The position numbers and the translations under genes were made by a program. Below are positions 9,181 through 18,389 of a DNA stretch of 64,000 nucleotides, piece by piece. Under the pieces are notes generated by a model that was given only the letters and a program-made list of their open reading frames with translations, was not told the origin of the DNA and searched no databases. Numbering within the stretch: position 1 is the stretch's first letter; each line of letters starts with the position of its first letter. The DNA comes from Candidatus Buchananbacteria bacterium (GTDB taxonomy: Bacteria; Patescibacteriota; Patescibacteriia; 2-01-FULL-39-33; JBAYJR01), in the NCBI GenBank assembly GCA_041665005.1, contig JBAYJR010000002.1, positions 25,120 through 89,119 on the forward strand, read 5' to 3'.

Positions 9181-9213
9181 AAAAAAAGGCTTATTTAATT
9201 TAAGCCTTTTTTT
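9181..9213 (+). terminator. terminator/stabilising hairpin between precursor and maturase genes
   Basis: AAAAAAAGGCTTA-N7-TAAGCCTTTTTTT. Confidence 0.75.
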
Positions 9214-9219
9214 GCTCCT

Positions 9220-10131
9220 ATGAAAGAACAAAAAGAGATAAGTTTTTTTGAATATTTTGGTGTAGCCAAAAAATATATTGGTAATATTACCTTGGTTTTT
9301 GAGTTTTTAAAAAATCAGGAGGGGATAGGCTATAATATTTTTAAAAAGGGCAAGCTTATAAGGTATTTATCATCTCATTATTTAGTTAGAGATAGAAAAA
9401 AGTTAAAAAATAACAAAACTTGGCTGTGCTACAAAAAAGATTTTAATAAAAAAATTGTTGTTGGGTATCAAGGCTTATGGTTTTTTTGTCGAGAGACAGT
9501 TTGGAGCCCATCGGTTGACGCTGTTTTTATGATTGATGCAATTAATAAATACAAGAGCCTTAGTATAAATAATTTTTCTTCTATATTGGATTATGGTTGC
9601 GGTTCGGGTGTTGTTGGTATATCGTTGGCTAAAAAAAGTAAAAAGGTAAAAGAATTGAGCTTGGTGGATGTTAACGATTCGGCATTGTTCTGCTCTTTAA
9701 TAAATTGTATCGGTAATAATTTAAAAGTAAATTTTAATATAGCCAACCATTTAAATAAAAAGAGATATGATCTCGGTTTGGTTACGCCTTATTATTTTCC
9801 CATTGAAAAGCGTGACTATTTAGATTCTAGGCAGGCCATGCAGGCCATTGTAAAAGCCGGCAAGGACTCCGCCATAATGATTAATGATTTAAGCAAGATT
9901 TGCAGTGAGGTATTTTTTGTTTATTCGTCTATAACAGAAAAAGTTTTTAGAGAAGAGCTAAGTGTTAAATATAAAGATGTTTGTTATATGGATGTACCTT
10001 TTTCTTTAGGTGATAATGTCAGTAGTAACTCGTTGGTCGGAGCCGCCGCTGAAAATAATTTGTTAATTTTTAAAAAGGATTCTCAATTTAAATTTTGGCA
10101 TAGAATATATATGGCTAAAATTATTAGTTAA
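9220..10131 (+). CDS. class I SAM methyltransferase, PrmC/HemK/MTS-like, with N-terminal extension
   Basis: VWSPSVD, LDYGCGSG, VDVN, TPYY at the NPPY position. Confidence 0.8.
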   Translation: MKEQKEISFFEYFGVAKKYIGNITLVFEFLKNQEGIGYNIFKKGKLIRYLSSHYLVRDRKKLKNNKTWLCYKKDFNKKIVVGYQGLWFFCRETVWSPSVDAVFMIDAINKYKSLSINNFSSILDYGCGSGVVGISLAKKSKKVKELSLVDVNDSALFCSLINCIGNNLKVNFNIANHLNKKRYDLGLVTPYYFPIEKRDYLDSRQAMQAIVKAGKDSAIMINDLSKICSEVFFVYSSITEKVFREELSVKYKDVCYMDVPFSLGDNVSSNSLVGAAAENNLLIFKKDSQFKFWHRIYMAKIIS

Positions 10132-10134
10132 TAT

Positions 10135-11457
10135 ATGAAAGAATCTATTATTTGCAAAGAAATTGTTCCGGGGTATTTAGTTGTTTATAATAAAAAAACT
10201 AACGAAACATTCCTAACTAAGTCGTTAGAAGTTAAAAATTTTTCTCAAAAAGATTGGGATATCTTTTTTAATAAACAACCAAAAAAAACGGCAAAGAAAT
10301 TCGACGCCCGATCTTTTTTTACAACGGTCGTTCTTAATACTACAGAATCATGTAATCTAAGATGTCGTTATTGTTCAAGATATAAAGAACAGTATAAAAA
10401 AGAAAAGACAATGCCCGATGTTATTATGTTTTTGGGTGTTGAAAGGGCTATCGAGCACGCTAAGTTGATCAAGGAAAGGGTTGTTGTGCAATTTCACGGT
10501 GGTGAACCTTTATTGTTTTTTACAAAAATTAAGTCTGTTTTAGAGAGTTTTTCTAAAAAAGATTTAAAAAAGATAGATTTAAGAATACAAACAAACGGAA
10601 CTTTAATTACGGATGATATTTTAAAATTTTGTCTTCTTTATAATATTCATTTAGGTATTTCGGTAGATGGGCCGCCGGAGATAAATGGCATTAATCGTCG
10701 ATTTGCAGACGGAACTCCAATTTCCGAAGTTTTAGATAAAAAATTAAAACAGGTTAGAAAGTATTTACCAAATAATCACATAAGTTGTTTGGCTGTTTTA
10801 ACTCAAGCAAACGTTAATAACGCCAAAAAAGTTTTGGATTATATTTATAAAAATAAAATTAATGATGTCTCTATTTTACCAATTTATCCAGATTTTACCA
10901 ATTGTTTAAATACCTCGGATCACATAATTCCGAGAACAGAAAAAATGGTTGAATTTTCTAAATTGATTTTTGATTTATGGTTAGAAAGATTAAGAAAGGG
11001 GCAGTTTGTTTCTATACCAAATTTTCAAATTTGGTTTTGGAACTTTTTAGGCATTAATGCTAATTATATAACTAACAATACTTCTTGTGGTGTTGGACAA
11101 AGTATGATTTTTATAAATACTGATGGGGAAATTTATCCCTGTGGGCCGTTCTCCTATGAAAACAAAATGTCTTTCGGAAATATAAGAAAAATTAATTTGA
11201 TTGATATAAAGAAAAAAAAGGTATTTAAGATGTTTAATAAAAGGAGTACTAAAAATGTTGATGATTGTCGAGATTGCGCTCTACAGAGTATCTGTATGGG
11301 TGGGTGCCCAGCTAATAGTTACCTCAAAGAGAAGTCAATTTATAAGAAAGATCCATTTTGTGAATATTGGCAGGGGATAATTGAATATATTGTTAAAAAT
11401 ATCATAGACGATCCTGATATTTGTAATTTAATTCCAGATTTTTCAATTCGTTTGTAG
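10135..11457 (+). CDS. radical SAM/SPASM enzyme (anSME-like, peptide maturase candidate)
   Basis: CNLRCRYC, FHGGEPLL, SPASM C..GEIYPC..CRDC.....CMGGC..FC. Confidence 0.93.
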   Translation: MKESIICKEIVPGYLVVYNKKTNETFLTKSLEVKNFSQKDWDIFFNKQPKKTAKKFDARSFFTTVVLNTTESCNLRCRYCSRYKEQYKKEKTMPDVIMFLGVERAIEHAKLIKERVVVQFHGGEPLLFFTKIKSVLESFSKKDLKKIDLRIQTNGTLITDDILKFCLLYNIHLGISVDGPPEINGINRRFADGTPISEVLDKKLKQVRKYLPNNHISCLAVLTQANVNNAKKVLDYIYKNKINDVSILPIYPDFTNCLNTSDHIIPRTEKMVEFSKLIFDLWLERLRKGQFVSIPNFQIWFWNFLGINANYITNNTSCGVGQSMIFINTDGEIYPCGPFSYENKMSFGNIRKINLIDIKKKKVFKMFNKRSTKNVDDCRDCALQSICMGGCPANSYLKEKSIYKKDPFCEYWQGIIEYIVKNIIDDPDICNLIPDFSIRL

Positions 11458-11461
11458 TTTT

Positions 11462-12490
11462 ATGAAAAATATAAACTCCACCAATCTTTCTGGTAAAACA
11501 GAAATTGATCTATTATTGACTACTAGGTGTAATTTGGCTTGCAAACACTGTTTGTATGTTGATCATAAAAAGTTTGTTGATTTAGATGATAAAATATTGA
11601 AGATTATTTTAGATAAACTGCCAGTAAACGGCTCAGAAGTTCATTTGTTAGGCGGCGAACCGTTATGTCGCACCGATATTGTTAAAATTGTAGACAAGAT
11701 AAATAAAAAACAATTGAATCCCCAAATATTAACCAATGGCTTTGCTTTGACTGATAGTTTATTAAAAAAATTACACCAAGCTGGTTTGAAAAAAATTGGT
11801 TTTAGTCTTGATGGCACAAAAAGCGTCCATAATTTCATAAGGGGGAAAGGCGATGTTTTTCAACGGGTAATTAGGGCTATAAAAGCTATCAAAAAGTTAG
11901 GTTATATTCCCAAAATCAGTTCAGCGGTTCATCAGCACAATAAAGACAGTATTTTAAAATTAATTCCTTTTCTTGACAAACTGGGCGTGCAAAGAGTATT
12001 AATTGAACATTTTCTTCCGATTAACGGGGGAACACAATTGGCGGGAAAAAATTTAAATAAGAAAGAATGGCAAGCTTTTATTAAAGATATAAAAGTTTTA
12101 AAAAAAATAAATAAATTGTCCATTAGAGTTGCTGTCCAAAAAGTTTTTTATGATAAACAGGAGGCAAGAGATTTTTCTTGTGTTTGTAAAAACTTAAAAT
12201 ATCCAATTGTTGACTCTTCAGGAAATTATTATCCTTGCATAATTTATTACGCCGCCGGTTTTCCAGCTGGTAATTTAAATAAAGATACGTGGGAAAAAAT
12301 TCACTCAGTTAAGTCTATTAGTAGTTACATAAAAAAAGTTAATAAAATAACGGGCCATGTAAAAGTTAACAAAATTAAGGTTTTGTGCCCGGCAATTAAA
12401 TTATTGGTGGTAAGAAAAGAATTGGATTTATCGAGTATATCAAATGTCAAAGGAACTATTGGTTGTTTTCACAAAGTAGAGTTGTTATGA
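11462..12490 (+). CDS. second radical SAM enzyme (PqqE-like core, reduced SPASM/twitch tail)
   Basis: CNLACKHC, GGEPL, TNG, SLDG, HNFIRG, C...GNYYPC. Confidence 0.9.
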   Translation: MKNINSTNLSGKTEIDLLLTTRCNLACKHCLYVDHKKFVDLDDKILKIILDKLPVNGSEVHLLGGEPLCRTDIVKIVDKINKKQLNPQILTNGFALTDSLLKKLHQAGLKKIGFSLDGTKSVHNFIRGKGDVFQRVIRAIKAIKKLGYIPKISSAVHQHNKDSILKLIPFLDKLGVQRVLIEHFLPINGGTQLAGKNLNKKEWQAFIKDIKVLKKINKLSIRVAVQKVFYDKQEARDFSCVCKNLKYPIVDSSGNYYPCIIYYAAGFPAGNLNKDTWEKIHSVKSISSYIKKVNKITGHVKVNKIKVLCPAIKLLVVRKELDLSSISNVKGTIGCFHKVELL

Positions 12491-13206
12491 AAGCCAGTAT
12501 AAAATATTATCAATATTCAAAATCAAGTTGGGGTAAAAGGAGGGGGGCGCTTATTTTTAGGCAGATTAAAAATTTACAATCAGAAAAAATTTTGAAATTA
12601 GATAATTTAAATATTATAGAACTTGGTTGTGGCGTTTGTACTGTCTCAAAAAAGTTTATTACAAAAAATAATAAAATTATCGCCGTTGATAAGAATTTGG
12701 AAATGTTGGTGTTAGTTAAAAATAGCCGGATTAATTTGGTAAACTATGATGTTTTGGATTTTTTAAAGAAAAACAAAAAAAAGTTTGATTTGATTATTTG
12801 TAATAATATTATTGAATATATAACTGATAAAGAAAGGTTTATGGGCTTATTGAATAAGGCAGTTAAAAAGAATTCTATTCTTTCATTGGTAGTTATTAAT
12901 TTAAATTATGAAGTTCTAAAAAGATTTAGGAATAATGAGTGGCGAGCTGGGATTTCATTGTTAAGAACAAGAAAATATTATAGTAATAATTTTAAATGCT
13001 CCTTTAATTTAAAGAGTATAGAAGAGTGGAAGATATTTTTAAATAGATTTGGATGGAAGATCGTTAATTGGCACGGGGTCGGCTTGATTGATAGCGATCT
13101 ATACAAAGATTCACATAAAGGAATGGACTATGAGCTAGAGTTATTAAAAAAATCACCTTATCGTGATCAAGCGGTTTTAACCCATTTTGTGTGTAAGATT
13201 ATGTAA
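12487..13206 (+). CDS. class I SAM methyltransferase (SmtA/CmoM-like)
   Basis: IIELGCG, VDKN, FDLIICNNIIEY; ATGA overlap with the upstream gene. Confidence 0.8.
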   Translation: MKASIKYYQYSKSSWGKRRGALIFRQIKNLQSEKILKLDNLNIIELGCGVCTVSKKFITKNNKIIAVDKNLEMLVLVKNSRINLVNYDVLDFLKKNKKKFDLIICNNIIEYITDKERFMGLLNKAVKKNSILSLVVINLNYEVLKRFRNNEWRAGISLLRTRKYYSNNFKCSFNLKSIEEWKIFLNRFGWKIVNWHGVGLIDSDLYKDSHKGMDYELELLKKSPYRDQAVLTHFVCKIM

Positions 13207-13234
13207 AATGATAAATTTTATTGGTAAAAGTTTG

Positions 13235-13286
13235 TCAAGCCCGCTACGCCGGGGGCTTAGTTGATCAGAAAAAATAATTTTTTATG
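13235..13286 (+). repeat. right 52-bp direct repeat of the island
   Basis: copy of the DUF5680 3' end plus spacer and ATG. Confidence 0.92.
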
Positions 13287-13841
13287 GATTTAATTCAAGA
13301 GGTAAAAAACTTTGTAGAAAGCGAATCTTTAAAAGCCGATAGTAAATATGGGGCGGAGCCTTTTTATTATCATTTTACTTCGGTGGTTGAATATGCCAAG
13401 CGGCTAGCAGTAGAATTAGGAGGCGATGAAGAAGTAGTAACTATTGCCGGTTGGTTGCACGATATTGGTTCAATTATGCATGGTCGGGCTGATCACCATT
13501 TAACCGGCGCTAAAATTGCCGAAGAAAAATTAAAGGCCTGGGGTTATCCGGCCGAAAAAATCGCTTTGGTTAAAAAATGTATCTTAAATCATCGAGGCTC
13601 GCAACAAAATGATCGTCATAGCTTGGAAGAACAAATTGTGGCCGAAGCCGATACGATGAGTAATTTTGATAATCTGGCCGGTCTGTTTAAAGCCGCTTTG
13701 GTTTATGAAAATTTAAATCAAGGCGAAGCCAAAGATTCAGTTAGACAAAAATTGGAACGCAAATATAAAAAACTTCATTTTGCTAAATCTCAAGAATTAA
13801 TTAAGCCAAAATTTGAGGCCGCGATGTTATTGTTAAAGTAG
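13284..13841 (+). CDS. HD-domain phosphohydrolase
   Basis: H...WLHDIG...HH...HR...EAD. Confidence 0.88.
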   Translation: MDLIQEVKNFVESESLKADSKYGAEPFYYHFTSVVEYAKRLAVELGGDEEVVTIAGWLHDIGSIMHGRADHHLTGAKIAEEKLKAWGYPAEKIALVKKCILNHRGSQQNDRHSLEEQIVAEADTMSNFDNLAGLFKAALVYENLNQGEAKDSVRQKLERKYKKLHFAKSQELIKPKFEAAMLLLK

Positions 13842-13854
13842 TAAAATTGTTAGT

Positions 13855-14514
13855 ATGAAATTATTACTTACTTCTAATGGATTAACCAATCAATCAATTG
13901 TTAAGGCCTTGTTTGAGTTAGTTAATAAAAAACCAGAAGACACCTCATTAATTTTTATTCCTACGGCTTCAAATGTGGAAGTAGGGGACAAAAGTTGGGT
14001 GACTGATGATTTAGAAAATTTAAACCAGCAAAACTTTAAGTCAATTGAGTCTGTCGACATTTCGGCGGTTGAAGAAAAGATTTGGCGACCAAAACTGGCA
14101 GCGGCTGATGTATTATTTTTTGAAGGAGGTAACTCTTTTCATTTAATGACTTGGATTAATAAATCTGGCTTAGCTTTGCTTTTACCGGAATTATTAAAAA
14201 ATAAAGTTTATGTTGGCTTGAGCGCCGGTAGTATGGTTGCTTGCAAGGATTTAACTTTGCAGATTAATCAGAATATTTATGAGGAAGATTTGGATAAAAC
14301 CCAGAATCTGCCCGGCCTTAATTTAGTGGATTTTTATTTTTTACCTCATCTAAACTCACCGTATTTTAAAAAAGCGCGAGAAAATTTTATTAAAGAAACT
14401 ATTAAAGAATCTCCCAAAACATTTTATGCGCTAGATGATAACTCAGCCTTAAAAATTGTTGATGGAAAAGTGGAAGTGATTAGCGAAGGGGAATGGTTTG
14501 GAGTGAATAATTAA
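13855..14514 (+). CDS. peptidase S51 / dipeptidase E (class I glutamine amidotransferase-like)
   Basis: IPTA, GGN, GLSAGS nucleophile elbow, PH. Confidence 0.88.
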   Translation: MKLLLTSNGLTNQSIVKALFELVNKKPEDTSLIFIPTASNVEVGDKSWVTDDLENLNQQNFKSIESVDISAVEEKIWRPKLAAADVLFFEGGNSFHLMTWINKSGLALLLPELLKNKVYVGLSAGSMVACKDLTLQINQNIYEEDLDKTQNLPGLNLVDFYFLPHLNSPYFKKARENFIKETIKESPKTFYALDDNSALKIVDGKVEVISEGEWFGVNN

Positions 14515-14562
14515 ACCACTGCCTATAAAAAAATAATTTAGCAGGCGGTTTTAGTAAGTAAT

Positions 14563-15033
14563 ATGCAAAAGATAACTATTTTAGCCATCGGTAAAATTAA
14601 AACTGATTATTTTGCGCAAGCCGCGGCGGAATATCTTAAGCGACTCAAATCTTTTGTGAAGGTTGAAATTAGGGAATTGCCGGCTTTGAGTTTTTCTTCT
14701 GCTAATCAGGTAAAAGTTAAAAAGGAGGAGGGGAGAAAGTTACAAGAGGAATTAGCTAGGCAAAAAGGTTGTCGGATAGTAATTTTAGATGAACATGGTA
14801 AACAATTTACTTCGCCTGATTTTTCGCAATTTATTTTTGCAAATACCCAACCGCTGGTCCTGGTAATTGGCGGTTCATTGGGTTTAACTGAAGAATTATT
14901 TAAGGCCTTCCCACAAGCCATTAAACTATCTTTAGCGGCTATGACTTTACCACACGAGTTAGCGCGCGTGGTTTTATTAGAACAACTCTATCGCGCGGTG
15001 ACGATTGCTAAAAAAATGACTTATCATTATTAA
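14563..15033 (+). CDS. rlmH: 23S rRNA m3-pseudouridine1915 methyltransferase
   Basis: IGK, LDEHG, IGGS.G, TLPHELARVVLLEQLYRA..I....YH. Confidence 0.95.
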   Translation: MQKITILAIGKIKTDYFAQAAAEYLKRLKSFVKVEIRELPALSFSSANQVKVKKEEGRKLQEELARQKGCRIVILDEHGKQFTSPDFSQFIFANTQPLVLVIGGSLGLTEELFKAFPQAIKLSLAAMTLPHELARVVLLEQLYRAVTIAKKMTYHY

Positions 15034-15082
15034 TTTTGTTGGTCATAAAAAAGAACGCCAGACTATTTTTATAGTTTGGCGT

Positions 15083-15403
15083 TTAGTTATTGGTTTGGCG
15101 AATAAGGCCAAATTCTTCTTGCAACACTTTTTCGGCGCTGGTTTGTTTGCTGTAAGCGTGTTCATCAACAAACCAGTTTTTTAAATTAGTTTTGGCGGCT
15201 TTGCGGTGGGCTAAAATTTTTAATTCTTGGCCGGTATAAATATCAAAATCAGTTTCGGCTGATTCCGGCAGACCTTTGGCAATAATATAGTATTGTTCTG
15301 GCACCAAAGTATTTTTGACTTGATACCATTTTTCGCCATTAACTCGCCAAGCGCCGATTAAATTAGAAAATTTGTGGTGCTTAAATTCAATATTTATAAT
15401 CAT
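15083..15403 (-). CDS. orphan hypothetical protein with strong SD, downstream of a leader ORF
   Basis: AAAGGAGG before ATG; hairpin 15054-15083 downstream. Confidence 0.65.
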   Translation of the reverse strand: MIINIEFKHHKFSNLIGAWRVNGEKWYQVKNTLVPEQYYIIAKGLPESAETDFDIYTGQELKILAHRKAAKTNLKNWFVDEHAYSKQTSAEKVLQEEFGLIRQTNN

Positions 15404-15466
15404 TCTTTCCTCCTTTGTTTGAAATAAAAAGAACCATCCTTAAAGATGACTCTTAATAAAACGCAA

Positions 15467-15559
15467 TTAGGGTCGGATTAGCCGACTGTTTTTGGGGTCT
15501 AAATTATATTGCTGCCTGCTACTGGCCATAACCCAATATTTTGGGATTGCTAAATTCAT
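15467..15559 (-). CDS. putative 30-aa leader peptide (MNLAIPKYWVMASSRQQYNLDPKNSRLIRP)
   Basis: follows TGCTATAAT and precedes a terminator-like hairpin (15425-15452). Confidence 0.4.
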   Translation of the reverse strand: MNLAIPKYWVMASSRQQYNLDPKNSRLIRP

Positions 15560-15762
15560 ATTATGTAAAATATTATAGCAGGTTTAAAGGGTAAAATACA
15601 GCTTTGATGTCAAGTGAATAGGCTAAAAATGGTTAAATTAACAGTCAATTGGGCCAAAATAAATTAAGGTAGTATTGGCTTAATAGGGGAGTGAGTTGTT
15701 AATTTTATTATATGCCAACTTACTGACCCGCTGACTCGTTTATTTTCTGATTTGTTTGTTTA

Positions 15763-15810
15763 TTGACAAGCTGTTTGTAATTTTGTATAATTCCTACTAG
15801 ATAAGTAGGA
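15763..15810 (+). promoter_or_regulatory. consensus sigma70 promoter with an Rrf2/IscR-like operator
   Basis: TTGACA-N17-TATAAT, immediately followed by the palindrome TCCTACT-N5-AGTAGGA. Confidence 0.8.
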
Positions 15811-15820
15811 TATTAAATTT

Positions 15821-16234
15821 ATGTTATTTTGGCAAAAAATCCCAGCGCGGGAACATTATTTATTAAGATTATTAACTCACCTGGTAAAAACTTACCAAAC
15901 CCAGGTGCCGGTTTCAATTGCCGATATTAGTGCCCAGGAAAAAATCTCGGTTAAGTATTTAGAAAAATTAGTGGCGCCGTTAAAAAAAGCGGGCTGGGTT
16001 AAATCAGTGCGCGGTCGGGATGGTGGTTATTTGTTAGCGGTTAATCCTAACAAACTATCATTGCAAGATGTGGCGCTAGCAATTAATCGCCGGCCCAAGT
16101 TATTAGTTTGTTTACATAATCAGTCGGGTTGTATTTTGGCTTCCCATTGTCCATCCAAAGGAGCCTGGGAACAGCTCTTAAATTCTTGGAATAAAACTTT
16201 GAGTACTTATAAATTATCAAAATTAATAAAATAA
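15821..16234 (+). CDS. Rrf2 family regulator (IscR/SufR-like, 3 Cys)
   Basis: IS..YLEKL...LKKAG.V.SVRG..GGY.L; C-x6-C-x5-C. Confidence 0.92.
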   Translation: MLFWQKIPAREHYLLRLLTHLVKTYQTQVPVSIADISAQEKISVKYLEKLVAPLKKAGWVKSVRGRDGGYLLAVNPNKLSLQDVALAINRRPKLLVCLHNQSGCILASHCPSKGAWEQLLNSWNKTLSTYKLSKLIK

Positions 16235-16235
16235 T

Positions 16236-16979
16236 ATGAGCAATAGCTTGATCGTAAAAAATCTGACGGTTAGCTTGGGTCAGAAAAAAATCTTGTCAGA
16301 AATTAATTTAACGGTAGCGGCCGGTAAAATTGTAGTCTTAATGGGTCTTAATGGTTCAGGCAAGTCTACTTTAGCCAAGGCCATTTCTGGGCATCCGGAT
16401 TATCAAATTAATCGCGGTCAAATAATTTTTAATCAAAAAGATTTTACCAAACAACCCAGTTGGCAACGTAGTCGGGCGGGCTTATTCGGGTCTTGGCAAA
16501 ATCCGCTAGAAATAGCCGGACTTAATTTTTATCAATTTTTGTTAACAATTTTTTCAGCTAGTTGTGGCCATAATCAAGCCACTTTGTTTGAGCAACGATT
16601 GCAACAAGGTCTAAAAAATCTAAAACTAAAAGCTGAATTTTTAGAGCGTGATTTAAATGTGGGTTTTTCTGGCGGGGAAAAAAAGAAAGCGGAAATTTTG
16701 CAATTATACATTTTACAACCGCAAATTGCCGTCTTAGACGAAATTGATTCGGGTTTAGATATTGATGCCTTGCATTTGATTGCTAAAAATATTAAGCAAT
16801 TGGCCAAGCAAGGAGTTGGCTTTTTGTTAATTACTCATTATGCGCGATTGTTAAGCTATCTAAAAGTAAAAGAAGTTAAAGTAATGATTAGTGGTAAAAT
16901 TGTTAAAAGTGGTGGGATGGCCTTGGTGCGACAATTAGAAAAACAGGGTTATCAAAAAATTAGCAGTCAATCAAAATAG
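16236..16979 (+). CDS. sufC: Fe-S assembly ATPase SufC
   Basis: GLNGSGKST, GFSGGEKK, LDEIDSGLDIDAL. Confidence 0.95.
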   Translation: MSNSLIVKNLTVSLGQKKILSEINLTVAAGKIVVLMGLNGSGKSTLAKAISGHPDYQINRGQIIFNQKDFTKQPSWQRSRAGLFGSWQNPLEIAGLNFYQFLLTIFSASCGHNQATLFEQRLQQGLKNLKLKAEFLERDLNVGFSGGEKKKAEILQLYILQPQIAVLDEIDSGLDIDALHLIAKNIKQLAKQGVGFLLITHYARLLSYLKVKEVKVMISGKIVKSGGMALVRQLEKQGYQKISSQSK

Positions 16980-16994
16980 TTTTATTTTTTGGTT

Positions 16995-18374
16995 ATGGCA
17001 GAGTTCAAAAAATATAATTTTAAGGATATCAATCGGGCGGTGTATAAAACTTTGCCTGGTTTGTCGTCAAAAATTATCAAACAGATTTCTTTGCACAAAC
17101 AAGAGCCAGCTTGGATGCTAGTCAAGCGCCTGGCCGCGTATAAAATTTTTAAAAAACTGCCACTACCTAAGTGGGGTCCAAATTTAGCCTCATTGAATTT
17201 TGATCAGATCACTTATTATTGGGATCCGGCTAACCAACAGTCGTCTACTTGGCAGGAGGTGCCAGAAAACATTAAAAATACTTTTACAAAATTAGGTATT
17301 CCGCAAGCCGAACGGAAATTTTTGGCCGGGGTGGGAGCACAATATGAATCCGAGATGATCTACCATAATTTAAAAGAACAGTGGACAAAATTGGGTGTAG
17401 TATTTTGTGATATGTCGGAAGCGCCTAAACTTTATCCAGAACTAGTTAAGAAATATTTTGGTTCGTTAGTGCCGGCCGCAGACAACAAATTCGCCGCTTT
17501 AAATGCCGCCTGCTGGTCCGGTGGTTCATTTATTTACGTTCCTAAAGGGGTAAAAGTAGAACAGCCCTTACAGGCCTATTTTCGGTTAAATGCCTCGCAA
17601 TTAGGTCAATTTGAGCGTACCTTGATTATCGTAGACGAAGGGGCCTCGTTGCATTATATTGAAGGTTGTACGGCACCAACTTATAGTAAAAACTCTTTAC
17701 ACGCGGCGGTGGTAGAAGTGTTCGCTTTAAAAAATTCTAAGGTGCGTTATACGACGATTCAAAATTGGTCCAATAATGTTTTAAATTTAGTTACTAAACG
17801 AGCGGCGGCGGAAGCTAATGCCGTGGTGGAATGGGTGGATGGCAATTTAGGTTCTAAAATAACTATGAAATATCCGGCGGTAATTTTGCGGGGCGCTGGC
17901 GCTAAGGCAGAAATTTTAACTATTGCTTTAGCCGGCCAGGGTCAACAGCAAGATACTGGTGCCAAGGTGATTCATTTAGCACCTAATACCAAATCTAGTA
18001 TCGTAGCCAAGTCAATTTCTAAAAGTGGCGGGGTGGCCACTTATCGCGGTTTGGTGAAGATTGGCCCACGAGCTTATGGCAGTCAGAGTAAGGTAAAATG
18101 CGATGCTTTAATTCTAGATGAAAAATCCAGCAGTAATACTTTCCCAACGATTAATGATGCCACCAATCAAGCGGTGGTGGAACATGAAGCGACGGTGTCA
18201 AAAATTTCCGCCGAGCAATTAGCTTATTTACAAAGTCGCGGCTTAACTTCGGCCGAAGCGGAAAAATTAATTGTCTCTGGTTTTTTGCAAATTTTCGCCA
18301 AAGAATTACCAATGGAATATGCTTTAGAATTAAATCGGCTAATTGCTTTAGAAATGACCGGAGCGGTTGGTTAG
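16995..18374 (+). CDS. sufB: Fe-S assembly protein SufB
   Basis: GAQYESE, GQFERTLI, YIEGCTAP, TMKYP, VEHEA, ELPMEYA. Confidence 0.96.
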   Translation: MAEFKKYNFKDINRAVYKTLPGLSSKIIKQISLHKQEPAWMLVKRLAAYKIFKKLPLPKWGPNLASLNFDQITYYWDPANQQSSTWQEVPENIKNTFTKLGIPQAERKFLAGVGAQYESEMIYHNLKEQWTKLGVVFCDMSEAPKLYPELVKKYFGSLVPAADNKFAALNAACWSGGSFIYVPKGVKVEQPLQAYFRLNASQLGQFERTLIIVDEGASLHYIEGCTAPTYSKNSLHAAVVEVFALKNSKVRYTTIQNWSNNVLNLVTKRAAAEANAVVEWVDGNLGSKITMKYPAVILRGAGAKAEILTIALAGQGQQQDTGAKVIHLAPNTKSSIVAKSISKSGGVATYRGLVKIGPRAYGSQSKVKCDALILDEKSSSNTFPTINDATNQAVVEHEATVSKISAEQLAYLQSRGLTSAEAEKLIVSGFLQIFAKELPMEYALELNRLIALEMTGAVG

Positions 18375-18389
18375 TCAAAGGATTAAAAT

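Larger units (their letters stand above)
7189..13286. mobile_element. ~6-kb island without integrase (HD, Nif3, peptide, MTase, 2 radical SAM, MTase) bounded by direct repeats
   Basis: flanking 52-bp repeats; visibly more AT-rich than neighbouring core genes. Confidence 0.75.

Noticed and set aside
13855-14514. Peptidase S51 as the RiPP leader protease
   Set aside because: It lies outside the island repeats, and S51 enzymes are typically dipeptidases
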